Of a stretch of DNA of 64,000 nucleotides, positions 30,790 to 40,687 are shown piece after piece. The notes below the pieces were generated by a model that was given only the letters and a program-made list of their open reading frames with translations, had not been told where the DNA came from and searched no databases. The position numbers and the translations under genes were made by a program. How positions within the stretch are numbered: position 1 is the stretch's first letter; every line of letters starts with the position of its first letter. The stretch lies in the NCBI GenBank assembly GCA_965277105.1, contig OZ255710.1:875236-939235 (forward strand), in the 5' to 3' direction. Source of the DNA: Spirochaetota bacterium (GTDB lineage: Bacteria > Spirochaetota > UBA12135 > COTS27 > CAXSBA01).

Positions 30790-30906
30790 ATTTAATGACC
30801 TCCAAAATTTTTATACCATCAAAGTATACTATGTTTATTATTATTCATCCCTATAATGTTTAGCAAAACTTTTAAGAAACAAGCAATTTATTTAAGTAAA
30901 TTTATC

Positions 30907-31536
30907 TTAAATGGTGGTATGCAGCCCACATTCCCTATCTGCATGCACCTTAGTGGGATCGAAATAGTTGAACTCATTAGGAAGTTTTAACTCCTTAAGA
31001 TAATGATCTAATTGAGCATCAGACCAATGATAAAACGGGCTTATTTTTAACACACCGTCATTACTTAAGCTTACAACATCAAGGGAGTCGCGTAGAGCAG
31101 TTTGTCCTTTTCTAAGGTTGGTAAACCAAACATCTGGCCGGTAGTCTTTCATGGCCCTTTTAAAAGGCTCTATTTTTACTTGATAGGAAAACTCCGAATG
31201 CCTAGCATCATCAACTTCGGGAATTCCCATGATTATATCCCTATGCGCTGCCGTTTGCTGGGGTACGTATAGTTTAATGTTTAAATCTAATTTATCAATT
31301 AACACTTGAGCATGCTGATAAGTACTCGGAGTATTGTAACCAGTGTCACACCAAATTACTGGAATGTCTTTTTTAACCTCAGTTACGGCCTGTAAAATAG
31401 CCACTTCATAAGGCCTAAAATTAGTAGTAATAATAGAATTAGCCGCATGGCTAATTGCCCAAGAAATGATTTCTTTTGGTGAAGCATCTTTGAAATTATT
31501 GTTTAATTGTTGTATTGTTTCTGTTGTTGGTTTCAT
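30907..31536 (-). CDS. cysH: PAPS/APS reductase family protein without Fe-S cysteines
   Basis: TTNFRPYE, WCDTGY, QVKIEPF (no CC/CxxC), C-terminal RECGLH. Confidence 0.85.
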   Translation of the reverse strand: MKPTTETIQQLNNNFKDASPKEIISWAISHAANSIITTNFRPYEVAILQAVTEVKKDIPVIWCDTGYNTPSTYQHAQVLIDKLDLNIKLYVPQQTAAHRDIIMGIPEVDDARHSEFSYQVKIEPFKRAMKDYRPDVWFTNLRKGQTALRDSLDVVSLSNDGVLKISPFYHWSDAQLDHYLKELKLPNEFNYFDPTKVHADRECGLHTTI

Positions 31537-31542
31537 ATGATT

Positions 31543-31827
31543 TTATTTTTTACCCCATTTAATGATATTCCATATTCTTTCATGAAAAAAATAGAGAGTC
31601 ATTTTGGTGAATAATTCCACTAGACCAATTGAAAGGGCTAAACTTAAAGTACCCGTTATAATCCAAGAAATCATAATGGTATCGACAGTACCAATAATTC
31701 GCCAACTAATTGATTTAACAATACTACGAAATTTTTTTTCTGATTGATAATCTTTACTATAACTAGTTTGTGGCTTACTTTTCCATCGCCATTGTGAGAT
31801 TTGATTAATAAAATACATTTTATTCAA
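31543..31827 (-). CDS. DUF2061 small membrane protein
   Basis: RSIVKSISWRIIGTVDT...YFFHERIW..IKWG. Confidence 0.85.
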   Translation of the reverse strand: MNKMYFINQISQWRWKSKPQTSYSKDYQSEKKFRSIVKSISWRIIGTVDTIMISWIITGTLSLALSIGLVELFTKMTLYFFHERIWNIIKWGKK

Positions 31828-31850
31828 CCTTTATTTACAATTTCTATTTA

Positions 31851-31869
31851 GTCTATTAAAAAAATAGAC
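31851..31869. promoter_or_regulatory. Inverted repeat, candidate repressor operator
   Basis: GTCTATT-AAAAA-AATAGAC, 24 bp upstream of the DUF2061 start. Confidence 0.45.
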
Positions 31870-32213
31870 ATTAGTCGCTAACTATCATAGTATTGACTGT
31901 TTCAATCATTTTTTTAATATGCTTTATTGAAACGAGATGATATCACTAGTAGTACGGGGACTATTGTCGTTGCCTATTCTTTTTTTCTTTTATTTTTTAA
32001 ATTAGTATCAATAAAATTCCTAATTGCTCTTTAAAGAGAGAAGAGAACCTTTAAGTTTTTATTTTAACTACTTTAATTATAAAGAAGACCTACCACTTAT
32101 TCTTTCTACTTACAACAAAAAAACTACTTAATCAATAGATTAAATAGATTTTTAAATAAGTTGAAAATTTGGAATATAATACGAAGTCTACAAGACTAGA
32201 AAACTTTACCTTT

Positions 32214-33551
32214 TCAGCCGTAGTTTTTTAATTGCTGGGCAATTTTCGCTACCAATTCGTCGATATGCTCTTTTTCAGCGATCAAAGCAGGGGCAATAAT
32301 AATCGTATCACCAGTGGTTTTTATATGAAGCCCATGATGAAACAGGGTTTGGTAAATTTCTCTTCCTCTGCTACCAGGGCCGTTGTCATCAGGGAAAACT
32401 TCCACTCCACCCATTAGCCCATAATTTCTAATATCCTTAACGCATTTAAATTCTTGTAAGGTAAATAACTTTTCTTCAAAATAAGGGATTAAAGCTTCTC
32501 CTTTTTCAAATATATTTTCGTCTTTAAAAATTTTCTGGGTAGCTATACCCGAAGCACAAGCCACTGGATGGGCCGAGTAAGTGTAACCATGAAAAAGTTC
32601 AATAGCATTTTTTCCTTGACTAGCAACAACAGCATTGTGGATGTGATTATTCACAATAACCGCCCCCATAGGAATAGCTCCATTAGTAACTGATTTAGCA
32701 ACAGTTATCATATCGGGTTTTACCCCAAAAGCCTCAGCAGCAAAAGCTTTTCCCGTTCTACCAAAACCAGTAATTACTTCATCAAAAACTAGGATAATCC
32801 CATATTTATCGCAGATAGCCCTAATTTTTTCCAAATAACCCTTAGGCGGGATTAAGGTCCCCACCGAGCCAGCTATAGGCTCTATGTAGCAAGCAGCTAT
32901 ATTTTCTCCCCCATAAGTCTGGGCCATCCTTTCCAAGTCATTTGCTAAATCTTCTCCGCCATGCTCCCCCTGCCCCTTAGCGAATCGATTTTCTGCTAGC
33001 CAAGTGTCCCTTATATGATGCACCCCGGGTAGTCCAGGTAAAAACATTCGTTTGTTATTTCCCATACCAGCTAGAGAAGTCCCCCCTAAATTAACCCCAT
33101 GGTACGCTTTTTGCCTAGAAATAAAAATCTGTCGATTAGCTTGTTTTTGATTCCTCCAGTAAGCCATAATAATCTTCATCGAAGAATCAACCGCTTCGGA
33201 TCCTGAATTGCAAAAAAAAACCTTATCCATTCCTTCAGGAGTTATTTCACTAATCATCTTACTAAGGGTAAAAGAAGAGGGATGGCCTAAATTGAAGTGA
33301 GGGGTATAATCCAACTCTTGCATTTGCTGATAAACCGCCTCAATAATCTCTGGGCGACAATGCCCCAAGGCACAAGTAAAAAGCCCAGAAGAACCATCGA
33401 GAATTTGATGGCCATCAACATCCCAATAGTACATCCCCTTAGCCTTGTCAACTAATCGCGGGGCTGATTTAAAATCCTTGTTGCCGGTAAAAGGCATCCA
33501 GTGATTATCAAGTGCTAATTTATCCATTATTCCTGTTGGTTTTTCGTTCAT
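32214..33551 (-). CDS. Class III omega-amino acid:pyruvate aminotransferase (probable taurine:pyruvate AT by context)
   Basis: HWMPFTGN, DGSSGLF, NSGSEAVD, YHG, FDEVITGFGRTG, VAKSVTNG, FHGYTYSAHP. Confidence 0.85.
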   Translation of the reverse strand: MNEKPTGIMDKLALDNHWMPFTGNKDFKSAPRLVDKAKGMYYWDVDGHQILDGSSGLFTCALGHCRPEIIEAVYQQMQELDYTPHFNLGHPSSFTLSKMISEITPEGMDKVFFCNSGSEAVDSSMKIIMAYWRNQKQANRQIFISRQKAYHGVNLGGTSLAGMGNNKRMFLPGLPGVHHIRDTWLAENRFAKGQGEHGGEDLANDLERMAQTYGGENIAACYIEPIAGSVGTLIPPKGYLEKIRAICDKYGIILVFDEVITGFGRTGKAFAAEAFGVKPDMITVAKSVTNGAIPMGAVIVNNHIHNAVVASQGKNAIELFHGYTYSAHPVACASGIATQKIFKDENIFEKGEALIPYFEEKLFTLQEFKCVKDIRNYGLMGGVEVFPDDNGPGSRGREIYQTLFHHGLHIKTTGDTIIIAPALIAEKEHIDELVAKIAQQLKNYG

Positions 33552-33596
33552 AATGTTTATTTTTTCATACTTATTTAACTAAATTATTTAAATAAT

Positions 33597-35348
33597 TTAG
33601 CGATTAACGTAACCTTTGTATTTATCTAAAAAACGCACCGGCTGCTTTAAAGCATCTCGTCTAAAAGGATCACCTAGTTCTCTCGAACAGAAAATTTCCA
33701 AAATAGTAGTTTTGCCTTCTTGTTGGTTAGCGATAGATTTTTTTAAGGCATCGGCTATTTGATCTTTTTCTTCGACATAAATGCCCTCAGCGCCCATAGC
33801 AATGGCGATATCGGAAAATTTAGGATTTTTTAAATTGGAGCCCAAAAATCTTTTTCCATAAAAATCTACTTGGTTTTTCTTTTCTGCTCCCCATTGTCGA
33901 TTATGAAAAACCACAGCAGTTACTGGGATTTCTTCACGAACACAGGTAAGGATTTCGCCAAAGCTCATTCCCCAAGCGCCATCACCCACATAAGCAACTG
34001 CTGGCCTCTCAGGGGCTGCCACTTTTGCTCCAATAACCGCAGGAAAAGCATAGCCGCAATTACCAAAACTCATAGCCGCTAAAAAGCTTCGAGGTTGCTC
34101 AAACCTTAAATAACTATTAGAAACCGAGCAAATATTTCCAATGTCAGTAGAAACCATCACGTCTTTTGGTAAGGCTTTTTCTAACTCTTGGAGCATTTGC
34201 CGAGGGGCAATACCCCCTTCTTCTTTTCGAACATTTTCACTCCAATCATCTCGCTCCCCAGTCCATTCGTTAAGTTCTTTTTCCCATTCATCTTTTTCTT
34301 TTTTCACAGAGGCTAATCTCTCTTGAGCATTGTCCTTACAAGCCAAATCATTTTGGGCTACTTGATGGGTAAGCTCTTCTAAAATAGCTTTAGGGCTACC
34401 GTAGATTCCTACAGCAATTTCTTTTACCAGGCCTAAAACTTTATAGTCAATATCCACTTGGATAATTTGGGCGTTAGTAGGCCAGTATTCAATCCCATGC
34501 TGAGGAAGTGTGCCAAATGGGCCCAACCTTGTGCCTAGTGCTAACACTACATCGGCTTGTTTAAGTAATTTCATTCCAGCTTTAGATCCCTGATATCCTA
34601 AAGGACCACACCAAAGAGGATGGCTAGCGGGAAAAGAATCATTATGCAAATAACTATTAACCACTGGGGCTGAAATGGATTCGGCAAAACTAATAATTTC
34701 TTCAAAAGCATTATCCAAAACAATTCCTCCCCCGGAAATGATGACCGGGAATTTAGCCTTTTTTAGTATTTCAATAGCTTTTTTAATGCTTTCTTTCCCA
34801 CCAGGACCAAATTCAATGCGCTTAGGTTCAGGGATATTCCCTTCAAATTCCCCATAAAAATTATTTCGAGGGATGTTCAACTGCACCGGGCCTCTTTCAG
34901 CCAGAGCCATATCAAAGCATCTAGAAGTAAGCTCGGCCATCCTTTCCGGGAGAGCAACATTCGTTTGAAATTTAGTGATTTTAGAAAAAATAGGCATTTG
35001 CTCGGTTTCTTGAAATCCGCCAAGGCCAATGGAATTACTCCCAGTTTCTGGGGTAATCGCAACCACAGGGCTATGCGCCCAATAAGCAGCAGCTATTCCA
35101 GTAACAAAATTAGTAATACCAGGACCATTTTGGGCAATGCACACGCCATGGCTTCCTTTAATCCGAGAATAACCATCAGCCATATGGGCGGACCCTTGCT
35201 CGTGGACAGTGGGGATAAACCTAATTCCTGCTTCGGGGAATAAATCTAAGGCGTCCATATAAGCCGAGCCGACTATCCCAAAGACGTTTTCTACCTTATT
35301 TTTTGCCATTACTTCTACTAATGCTTCACTTGGTGTTAATTTTTTCAT
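33597..35348 (-). CDS. xsc: Sulfoacetaldehyde acetyltransferase (TPP-dependent)
   Basis: TPSEA, FGIVGSA, QNGPGITN, GPLGYQGSKA, PFGTLPQHG, QWGAEKKNQ, ELGDPFRRDA. Confidence 0.95.
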   Translation of the reverse strand: MKKLTPSEALVEVMAKNKVENVFGIVGSAYMDALDLFPEAGIRFIPTVHEQGSAHMADGYSRIKGSHGVCIAQNGPGITNFVTGIAAAYWAHSPVVAITPETGSNSIGLGGFQETEQMPIFSKITKFQTNVALPERMAELTSRCFDMALAERGPVQLNIPRNNFYGEFEGNIPEPKRIEFGPGGKESIKKAIEILKKAKFPVIISGGGIVLDNAFEEIISFAESISAPVVNSYLHNDSFPASHPLWCGPLGYQGSKAGMKLLKQADVVLALGTRLGPFGTLPQHGIEYWPTNAQIIQVDIDYKVLGLVKEIAVGIYGSPKAILEELTHQVAQNDLACKDNAQERLASVKKEKDEWEKELNEWTGERDDWSENVRKEEGGIAPRQMLQELEKALPKDVMVSTDIGNICSVSNSYLRFEQPRSFLAAMSFGNCGYAFPAVIGAKVAAPERPAVAYVGDGAWGMSFGEILTCVREEIPVTAVVFHNRQWGAEKKNQVDFYGKRFLGSNLKNPKFSDIAIAMGAEGIYVEEKDQIADALKKSIANQQEGKTTILEIFCSRELGDPFRRDALKQPVRFLDKYKGYVNR

Positions 35349-35395
35349 TTTCTTTTCCTATCCTTTTCTATTTAGTTTATTTAATTATTCTTATT

Positions 35396-36505
35396 TTATA
35401 TTATTTTCTTAGGGTCGTGAAAATCCAACCCCAACGAAACCGCCACTTCTTGGCAAGTAATTTTCCCTTGATAAACATTCAGTCCATTCATAAAATGCTC
35501 ATCAGCCAAAAGGGCATTTCGGTAACCATTGTTAGCTAGTTTGACAACGTAGGGTAAAGTAACATTATTTAAGGCCAAGGTGGAAGTTCTCGCCACTGCC
35601 CCCGGCATATTAGCCACGCAATAATGCACCACATCATCGACAATAAAAGTGGGTTCCTCGTGGGTAGTGGGCCTCGAAGTCGCAAAGCAACCGCCTTGGT
35701 CAATCGCCACATCCACTACGGCCGATCCTTTTTTCATAGCGCTTATCATTTCCCTCGTTACTAGTTTAGGAGCAGCTGCTCCAGGGATTAACACCCCTCC
35801 CACTACTAAATCTGCTTCCAAGACATGCTTTTCGATATTAGCCTTATTAGAATAAACGGTTTTAACTCGCGAACCAAAGATAGACTCTAACCTTTTTAAA
35901 ACATTAGGGGATAAATCCAAAATCGTCACCTCCGCTCCCATGCCAACGGCAATAATCGCCGCATTATATCCCACCACACCCCCGCCTATGATAGTTACCT
36001 TCCCTGGCTCAATTCCCGGAACCCCGCCTAATAAGATCCCTAAACCTTTTTTAGACTTTTCTAAGCAAATAGCCCCTTCTTGAATAGACATTCTCCCAGC
36101 AACTTCCGACATAGGCACTAACAACGGCAGATCGCCTTCATTGGAAGTGATAGTTTCATAGGCAATGCACGTGGCTCCACTTTCGACCAAATCTTCGGTC
36201 TGGGCTCGGTCAGGAGCTAAGTGCAAATAGGTGAATAAAATTTGATTTTCTCTAAGTCTTTTTCTCTCTTCGGCTAAGGGCTCTTTTACTTTGATAATCA
36301 TTTCTGCCGTAGAGAAAATTTCTTCTACATTGCCAATTTTTGCCCCTACTTTTTGATAATCTTCATTGGTAAAACCAATTTCCGCTCCCGCATTGTTTTC
36401 AACAAAAACCTCATGATTTTGCGAAGTTAATTCTTTCACGCTACTAGGGGTTAAGCCCACGCGATACTCGTGATTTTTAATTTCTTTAGGGACACCTATT
36501 TTCAT
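35396..36505 (-). CDS. ald: Alanine dehydrogenase
   Basis: IGVPKEIKNHEYRV, FTYLHLA, PMSEVAGR, DVAIDQGGC, HYCVANMPGAV. Confidence 0.97.
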   Translation of the reverse strand: MKIGVPKEIKNHEYRVGLTPSSVKELTSQNHEVFVENNAGAEIGFTNEDYQKVGAKIGNVEEIFSTAEMIIKVKEPLAEERKRLRENQILFTYLHLAPDRAQTEDLVESGATCIAYETITSNEGDLPLLVPMSEVAGRMSIQEGAICLEKSKKGLGILLGGVPGIEPGKVTIIGGGVVGYNAAIIAVGMGAEVTILDLSPNVLKRLESIFGSRVKTVYSNKANIEKHVLEADLVVGGVLIPGAAAPKLVTREMISAMKKGSAVVDVAIDQGGCFATSRPTTHEEPTFIVDDVVHYCVANMPGAVARTSTLALNNVTLPYVVKLANNGYRNALLADEHFMNGLNVYQGKITCQEVAVSLGLDFHDPKKII

Positions 36506-36739
36506 TTTTTACCTCTTGTTTTCTTATTTAATAGTTTATCATTAGAATTTAGACATGGAAACAGTATCTTTGTCAATGATAAAAAAACCTCTATAAACTA
36601 TAAAAAATATAGATTATATAGATTATTAGATTTTTTTAAAATAATTTCAAAAAAAAAGATTATATAATAATATTTCCGTGGCCAAAAAACGGAATTTTTA
36701 TTCAACTAATTATAAAAAAAATCAAAAGTTAAAACAAAA

Positions 36740-38575
36740 TTGCAAAAAAATCTCAACAAGTCTCATTTAAAGAAAGTTACCATTAAATTTTGTGGTGACT
36801 CTGGAGATGGTATCCAATTATTAGGCAATGAATTTACTCAAATTAGCGCTATTTTAGGCAATGACTTGAACACTTTTCCGGACTTCCCAGCTGAAATCAG
36901 AGCGCCAGTAGGCACCGTTGCTGGTATTTCCGGTTTTCAAATCCAGCTAGGTAGTGTGAAAATCAACACCCCAGGAGAAGAAGTAGATGCCTTAGTTGCT
37001 TTTAACCCAGCAGCTTTAAAGGCCAATATTTCTTTACTAAAACCCAATGGCATCCTTATCCTTAATCAACATACTTTTGACAAAAAGGGATTAAACGCCG
37101 CCGGTTATGAAAAAAATCCTTTAGAAGACGATTCACTAAAATCTTTTCAAACCTTCTCGCTAAATATCACCGAACTCAACCGAAAAGCTTTAGCTGATTT
37201 AGCTATCAAACCTCGAGCTAAGGAGCGCTGTAAAAATTTCTATGTATTAGGATTGTTACTTTGGCTTTATAATCGTAATTTAGAAGAAGCTATTAAATTA
37301 ACCAAAGAAAAATTCGCCCAAAAACCAGAAACTTTAGAAGCCAACCTCCTGAGCTTAAGGGGGGGGCATGCCTACGCTGAAGCAAGTGAGCTTTTCAATA
37401 GCAACTACGAAGTAAAACCAGCCGATCTTGCTAAAGGGACTTATCGTCATATCTCGGGGAACGAAGCCTTATCCCTAGGGATGCTAACCTACTTTTTTAA
37501 AAGTAACCTAAAAACTATTTTTGCCTCTTACCCCATTACCCCGGCTAGTGATATTTTAAACCATCTTAAAAAATACGAAAGGTATGGTTTTGTTTCCCTC
37601 CAAGCAGAAGACGAAATGAGTGCAGCAGGAATCGCCTTAGGGGCTTCTTTCTCGGGGGGAGTAGGATTTACGGCTAGCTCAGGCCCGGGGATTACCCTTA
37701 AAATGGAGACCATTAACCTAGCCGTTATGACGGAGCTCCCACTCGTTGTAATCAATGTGCAAAGAGCAGGCCCTAGTACTGGTCTCCCTACCAAAACCGA
37801 ACAAGGCGATTTACTACAATCTTTATTTGCTAGGCATGGGGAATCTCCTTTACCAGTTATCGCTCCTTTATCCCCTAACGACTGCTATTTTACCGTTATC
37901 AAAGCAGCCGAACTAGCGGTAAAATATATGACTCCTATAATAGTTTTATCTGATGGTTATTTAGCTAATGGGAATGAACCCTGGCAAATTCCCAATTTAG
38001 ACGACATTAGTGTGGAACAGAAAAAACCAGTTGATCAAGATAACTTCGCCCCTTACTTACGAGACCCGCAAACTCTAGCGAGGCCTTGGGCTATTCCTGG
38101 AGAAAAAGGGACTGAGCACCGGATAGGGGGATTAGAAAAGCAGCAAATAACCGGCAACGTGAACTACGATGGGGACAACCATGAAGCCATGGGAAGACTA
38201 AGAAAACAAAAAATAGAAAAGATAAGCCAAGAATTTCCTCCGTTAATAGTAGAAGGCGACAAAACAGCTGGCACTTTAGTGATTGGCTGGGGAAGCACTT
38301 ATGGGACGATAAAACAAGCTAACCTAGAACTCCAAGAAAAAGGATTAGCCTTTGCTCATCTTCAGCTAAGATTTTTGAATCCTCTTCCAAATGATCTAGA
38401 AAAAATCATTAATTCTTACAAAAAAATAATAGTTGCTGAAATTAATTTTGGGCAGTTATCTTTAATCCTTAGGGCGAACTACTTGAAAGAAATTATCCCC
38501 TATTACGAACTTAAAGGCAAACCCCTTAGTTTAAAAAAATTAAAAAGTAAAATAGAAGAAGTCATTACCTCATGA
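36740..38575 (+). CDS. korA: 2-oxoacid:ferredoxin oxidoreductase alpha subunit (gamma-alpha fusion)
   Basis: GDSGDGIQ, FPAEIRAP, YPITPAS, QRAGPSTGLPTKTEQ; substrate not determinable. Confidence 0.88.
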   Translation: MQKNLNKSHLKKVTIKFCGDSGDGIQLLGNEFTQISAILGNDLNTFPDFPAEIRAPVGTVAGISGFQIQLGSVKINTPGEEVDALVAFNPAALKANISLLKPNGILILNQHTFDKKGLNAAGYEKNPLEDDSLKSFQTFSLNITELNRKALADLAIKPRAKERCKNFYVLGLLLWLYNRNLEEAIKLTKEKFAQKPETLEANLLSLRGGHAYAEASELFNSNYEVKPADLAKGTYRHISGNEALSLGMLTYFFKSNLKTIFASYPITPASDILNHLKKYERYGFVSLQAEDEMSAAGIALGASFSGGVGFTASSGPGITLKMETINLAVMTELPLVVINVQRAGPSTGLPTKTEQGDLLQSLFARHGESPLPVIAPLSPNDCYFTVIKAAELAVKYMTPIIVLSDGYLANGNEPWQIPNLDDISVEQKKPVDQDNFAPYLRDPQTLARPWAIPGEKGTEHRIGGLEKQQITGNVNYDGDNHEAMGRLRKQKIEKISQEFPPLIVEGDKTAGTLVIGWGSTYGTIKQANLELQEKGLAFAHLQLRFLNPLPNDLEKIINSYKKIIVAEINFGQLSLILRANYLKEIIPYYELKGKPLSLKKLKSKIEEVITS

Positions 38576-39591
38576 AAGAAAAAACCACCCCTTTCTCTCC
38601 CCAATTAACCAAAGAAGATTTTGTCTCCAACCAGTTAATTAAGTGGTGCCCAGGCTGTGGAGACTACGTAGCCCTTTCAGCTATGCAGAGGGCTTTAGCT
38701 GAGTTAGGTTTAGCTAAAGAAGAAATTGTTTTTGTCTCGGGAATTGGTTGTTCTTCTAGATTTCCTTATTATATGGATACCTATGGTTTCCATACAATCC
38801 ATGGACGTGCTCCCAACTTTGCTAGTGGAATAAAATTAACTAACCCCAAAAACCATGTTTGGTTGGTTATGGGAGATGGCGATGCTCTTTCCATTGGGGC
38901 TGGACATCTTATTCATTTTTTAAGAAGGAACTTTGATATCAATGTCCTTATTTTAAACAATCGGATTTATGGCTTAACTAAAGGGCAATATTCTCCCACT
39001 TCTGAAAAAGGTAAAATAAGTAGATCGACTCCCATCGGGAGCATTGAAACCCCCCTCAACCCTGCTGGGTTAGCCATTAGTGCTAATGTAACTTTTTTTG
39101 CTCGTGGGATAGATAAAGACATCTTAGGAATGAAAGAGCTCTTTAAACAAGCCCATGCCCATAAAGGGACTAGCTTAATTGAAATTTATCAAAACTGCAA
39201 TGTTTTTAATGACCATGCCTTTGCCCCTTACACTGACCGGGCTTCGAAAAAAGAAACCACCATTACCCTCCAAGAAGGAGAACCACTTATTTATGGAGAA
39301 AATAATGATAAAGGAATTACCCTAGAAGGATTTCAGCTAAAATCCATTTCCCTTAAAGACGAGGAAGACAAAAAAAAGCTCCTGGTTCACTCCACTAGCT
39401 GTGAGAACGACTTGCTCCCTTTTCTTTATGCTAAAATGAGTGAAAACCCCGACCTCCCAACGCCTATGGGGATTTTCAAAAAAGAAAAGAAAAGCACTTT
39501 TGAAGAAGAGTTATTAGCTAGGAAAAGAGAAGATTTAGATGAAAAAACTTTAAAAGAAATGTTAAAAGGAAGAAATTCATGGAAAATATAA
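38572..39591 (+). CDS. korB: 2-oxoacid:ferredoxin oxidoreductase beta subunit
   Basis: WCPGCGD, SGIGCSSR, HGRA, GDGD, YGLTKGQYSPT, QNCNVFN. Confidence 0.9.
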   Translation: MKEKTTPFSPQLTKEDFVSNQLIKWCPGCGDYVALSAMQRALAELGLAKEEIVFVSGIGCSSRFPYYMDTYGFHTIHGRAPNFASGIKLTNPKNHVWLVMGDGDALSIGAGHLIHFLRRNFDINVLILNNRIYGLTKGQYSPTSEKGKISRSTPIGSIETPLNPAGLAISANVTFFARGIDKDILGMKELFKQAHAHKGTSLIEIYQNCNVFNDHAFAPYTDRASKKETTITLQEGEPLIYGENNDKGITLEGFQLKSISLKDEEDKKKLLVHSTSCENDLLPFLYAKMSENPDLPTPMGIFKKEKKSTFEEELLARKREDLDEKTLKEMLKGRNSWKI

Positions 39592-40364
39592 AACCAATTA
39601 TCGCTGGTAACTGGAAAATGAATCTCACACTAGGTGAAAGTCTAACTCTAGCGAAAAAATTAGCCAATGAACTTGTAACCTCGGAAAATTCTAGTAGCCT
39701 AGCCGAAAAACCTCAGGTAATCATTGCTCCCCCCTACCCTTACCTGCATCCCGTCCTTAGTTTACTGCAAACAGAAAAAAGCTCCCTAGGAGTAGCAGCT
39801 CAAGACATTCACTATGCAAGCAATGGAGCTTTTACTGGAAAAGTTTCGGTGGGAATGATTAAAGATTTAGGGGCAACGCACTCTTTGGTAGGGCACTCCG
39901 AACAAAGGCAACTTTTTCAAGAAACGAATGAAAAAATTAACTTAAAAATTCACAAGCTATTAGAAGCTAACTTAAAGGCGATTTTCTGTGTAGGAGAAAC
40001 CCTCGAAGAAAGAGAAAATAATTTGCTCAACCAAGTACTCCGCGAACAAATTAGCCAGGGGCTAAAAAGAATTTCTACTCAACAAATGAAAAACGTCATC
40101 ATTGCTTATGAACCAGTATGGGCCATTGGCACAGGGAGAAATGCCACCAGTCAAGAGGCCGAAGCAGCCCATCTTTTAATTCGAAATATCATAAGCGAAA
40201 TTTTTAACAAGGAAATTTCTCATCAATTATCTCTGCTATATGGAGGAAGCGTGAAAGCTAGTAATGCCGCCGATTTAATGGGACAAGAAAACATCAATGG
40301 CGTCTTGGTCGGTGGAGCATCTTTAAAAGTAGATGAGTTTATCAAAATTATTCGTAGCGGTTAA
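39579..40364 (+). CDS. tpiA: Triosephosphate isomerase
   Basis: AGNWKMN, GHSE, AYEPVWAIGTG, YGGSVK, LVGGASL. Confidence 0.97.
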   Translation: MENIKPIIAGNWKMNLTLGESLTLAKKLANELVTSENSSSLAEKPQVIIAPPYPYLHPVLSLLQTEKSSLGVAAQDIHYASNGAFTGKVSVGMIKDLGATHSLVGHSEQRQLFQETNEKINLKIHKLLEANLKAIFCVGETLEERENNLLNQVLREQISQGLKRISTQQMKNVIIAYEPVWAIGTGRNATSQEAEAAHLLIRNIISEIFNKEISHQLSLLYGGSVKASNAADLMGQENINGVLVGGASLKVDEFIKIIRSG

Positions 40365-40687
40365 AAATTAATTTAGTCATCAAACTGCTCGGTTTTTCTC
40401 GGTTTCTTGCTCTCAGTTTCTAATTGAGTTTTCCTTGTTTTTATTGCTTACAAAAAAAAAGCAAAAGTTTGCCTAGCAGTCGTAAAAATATTAGCTGACA
40501 TTTCCAAAACCCATTAAAATTAAAAAATCAAATGACCGATAAATTGTCGCTAATAATAGCAGTTGTATAATATAATTAACTTTATAACAAAATAAAAATT
40601 ATTTTAAGCAAATCAACCAAAGGAATTAAAATAATAAATTAAAAACAACAAACCAAATTAGCAGGATAATTTTTGATATAAAAATTA

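Noticed and set aside
31870-32213. Possible gene remnant or ncRNA between the aminotransferase and DUF2061
   Set aside because: Only short stop-interrupted frames and no recognisable motif or stable structure by eye.
40387-40422. Repeated CTCGGTTT/CTCAGTTT units after tpiA
   Set aside because: Only three short imperfect copies with no spacers; not a CRISPR array or a recognisable REP element.
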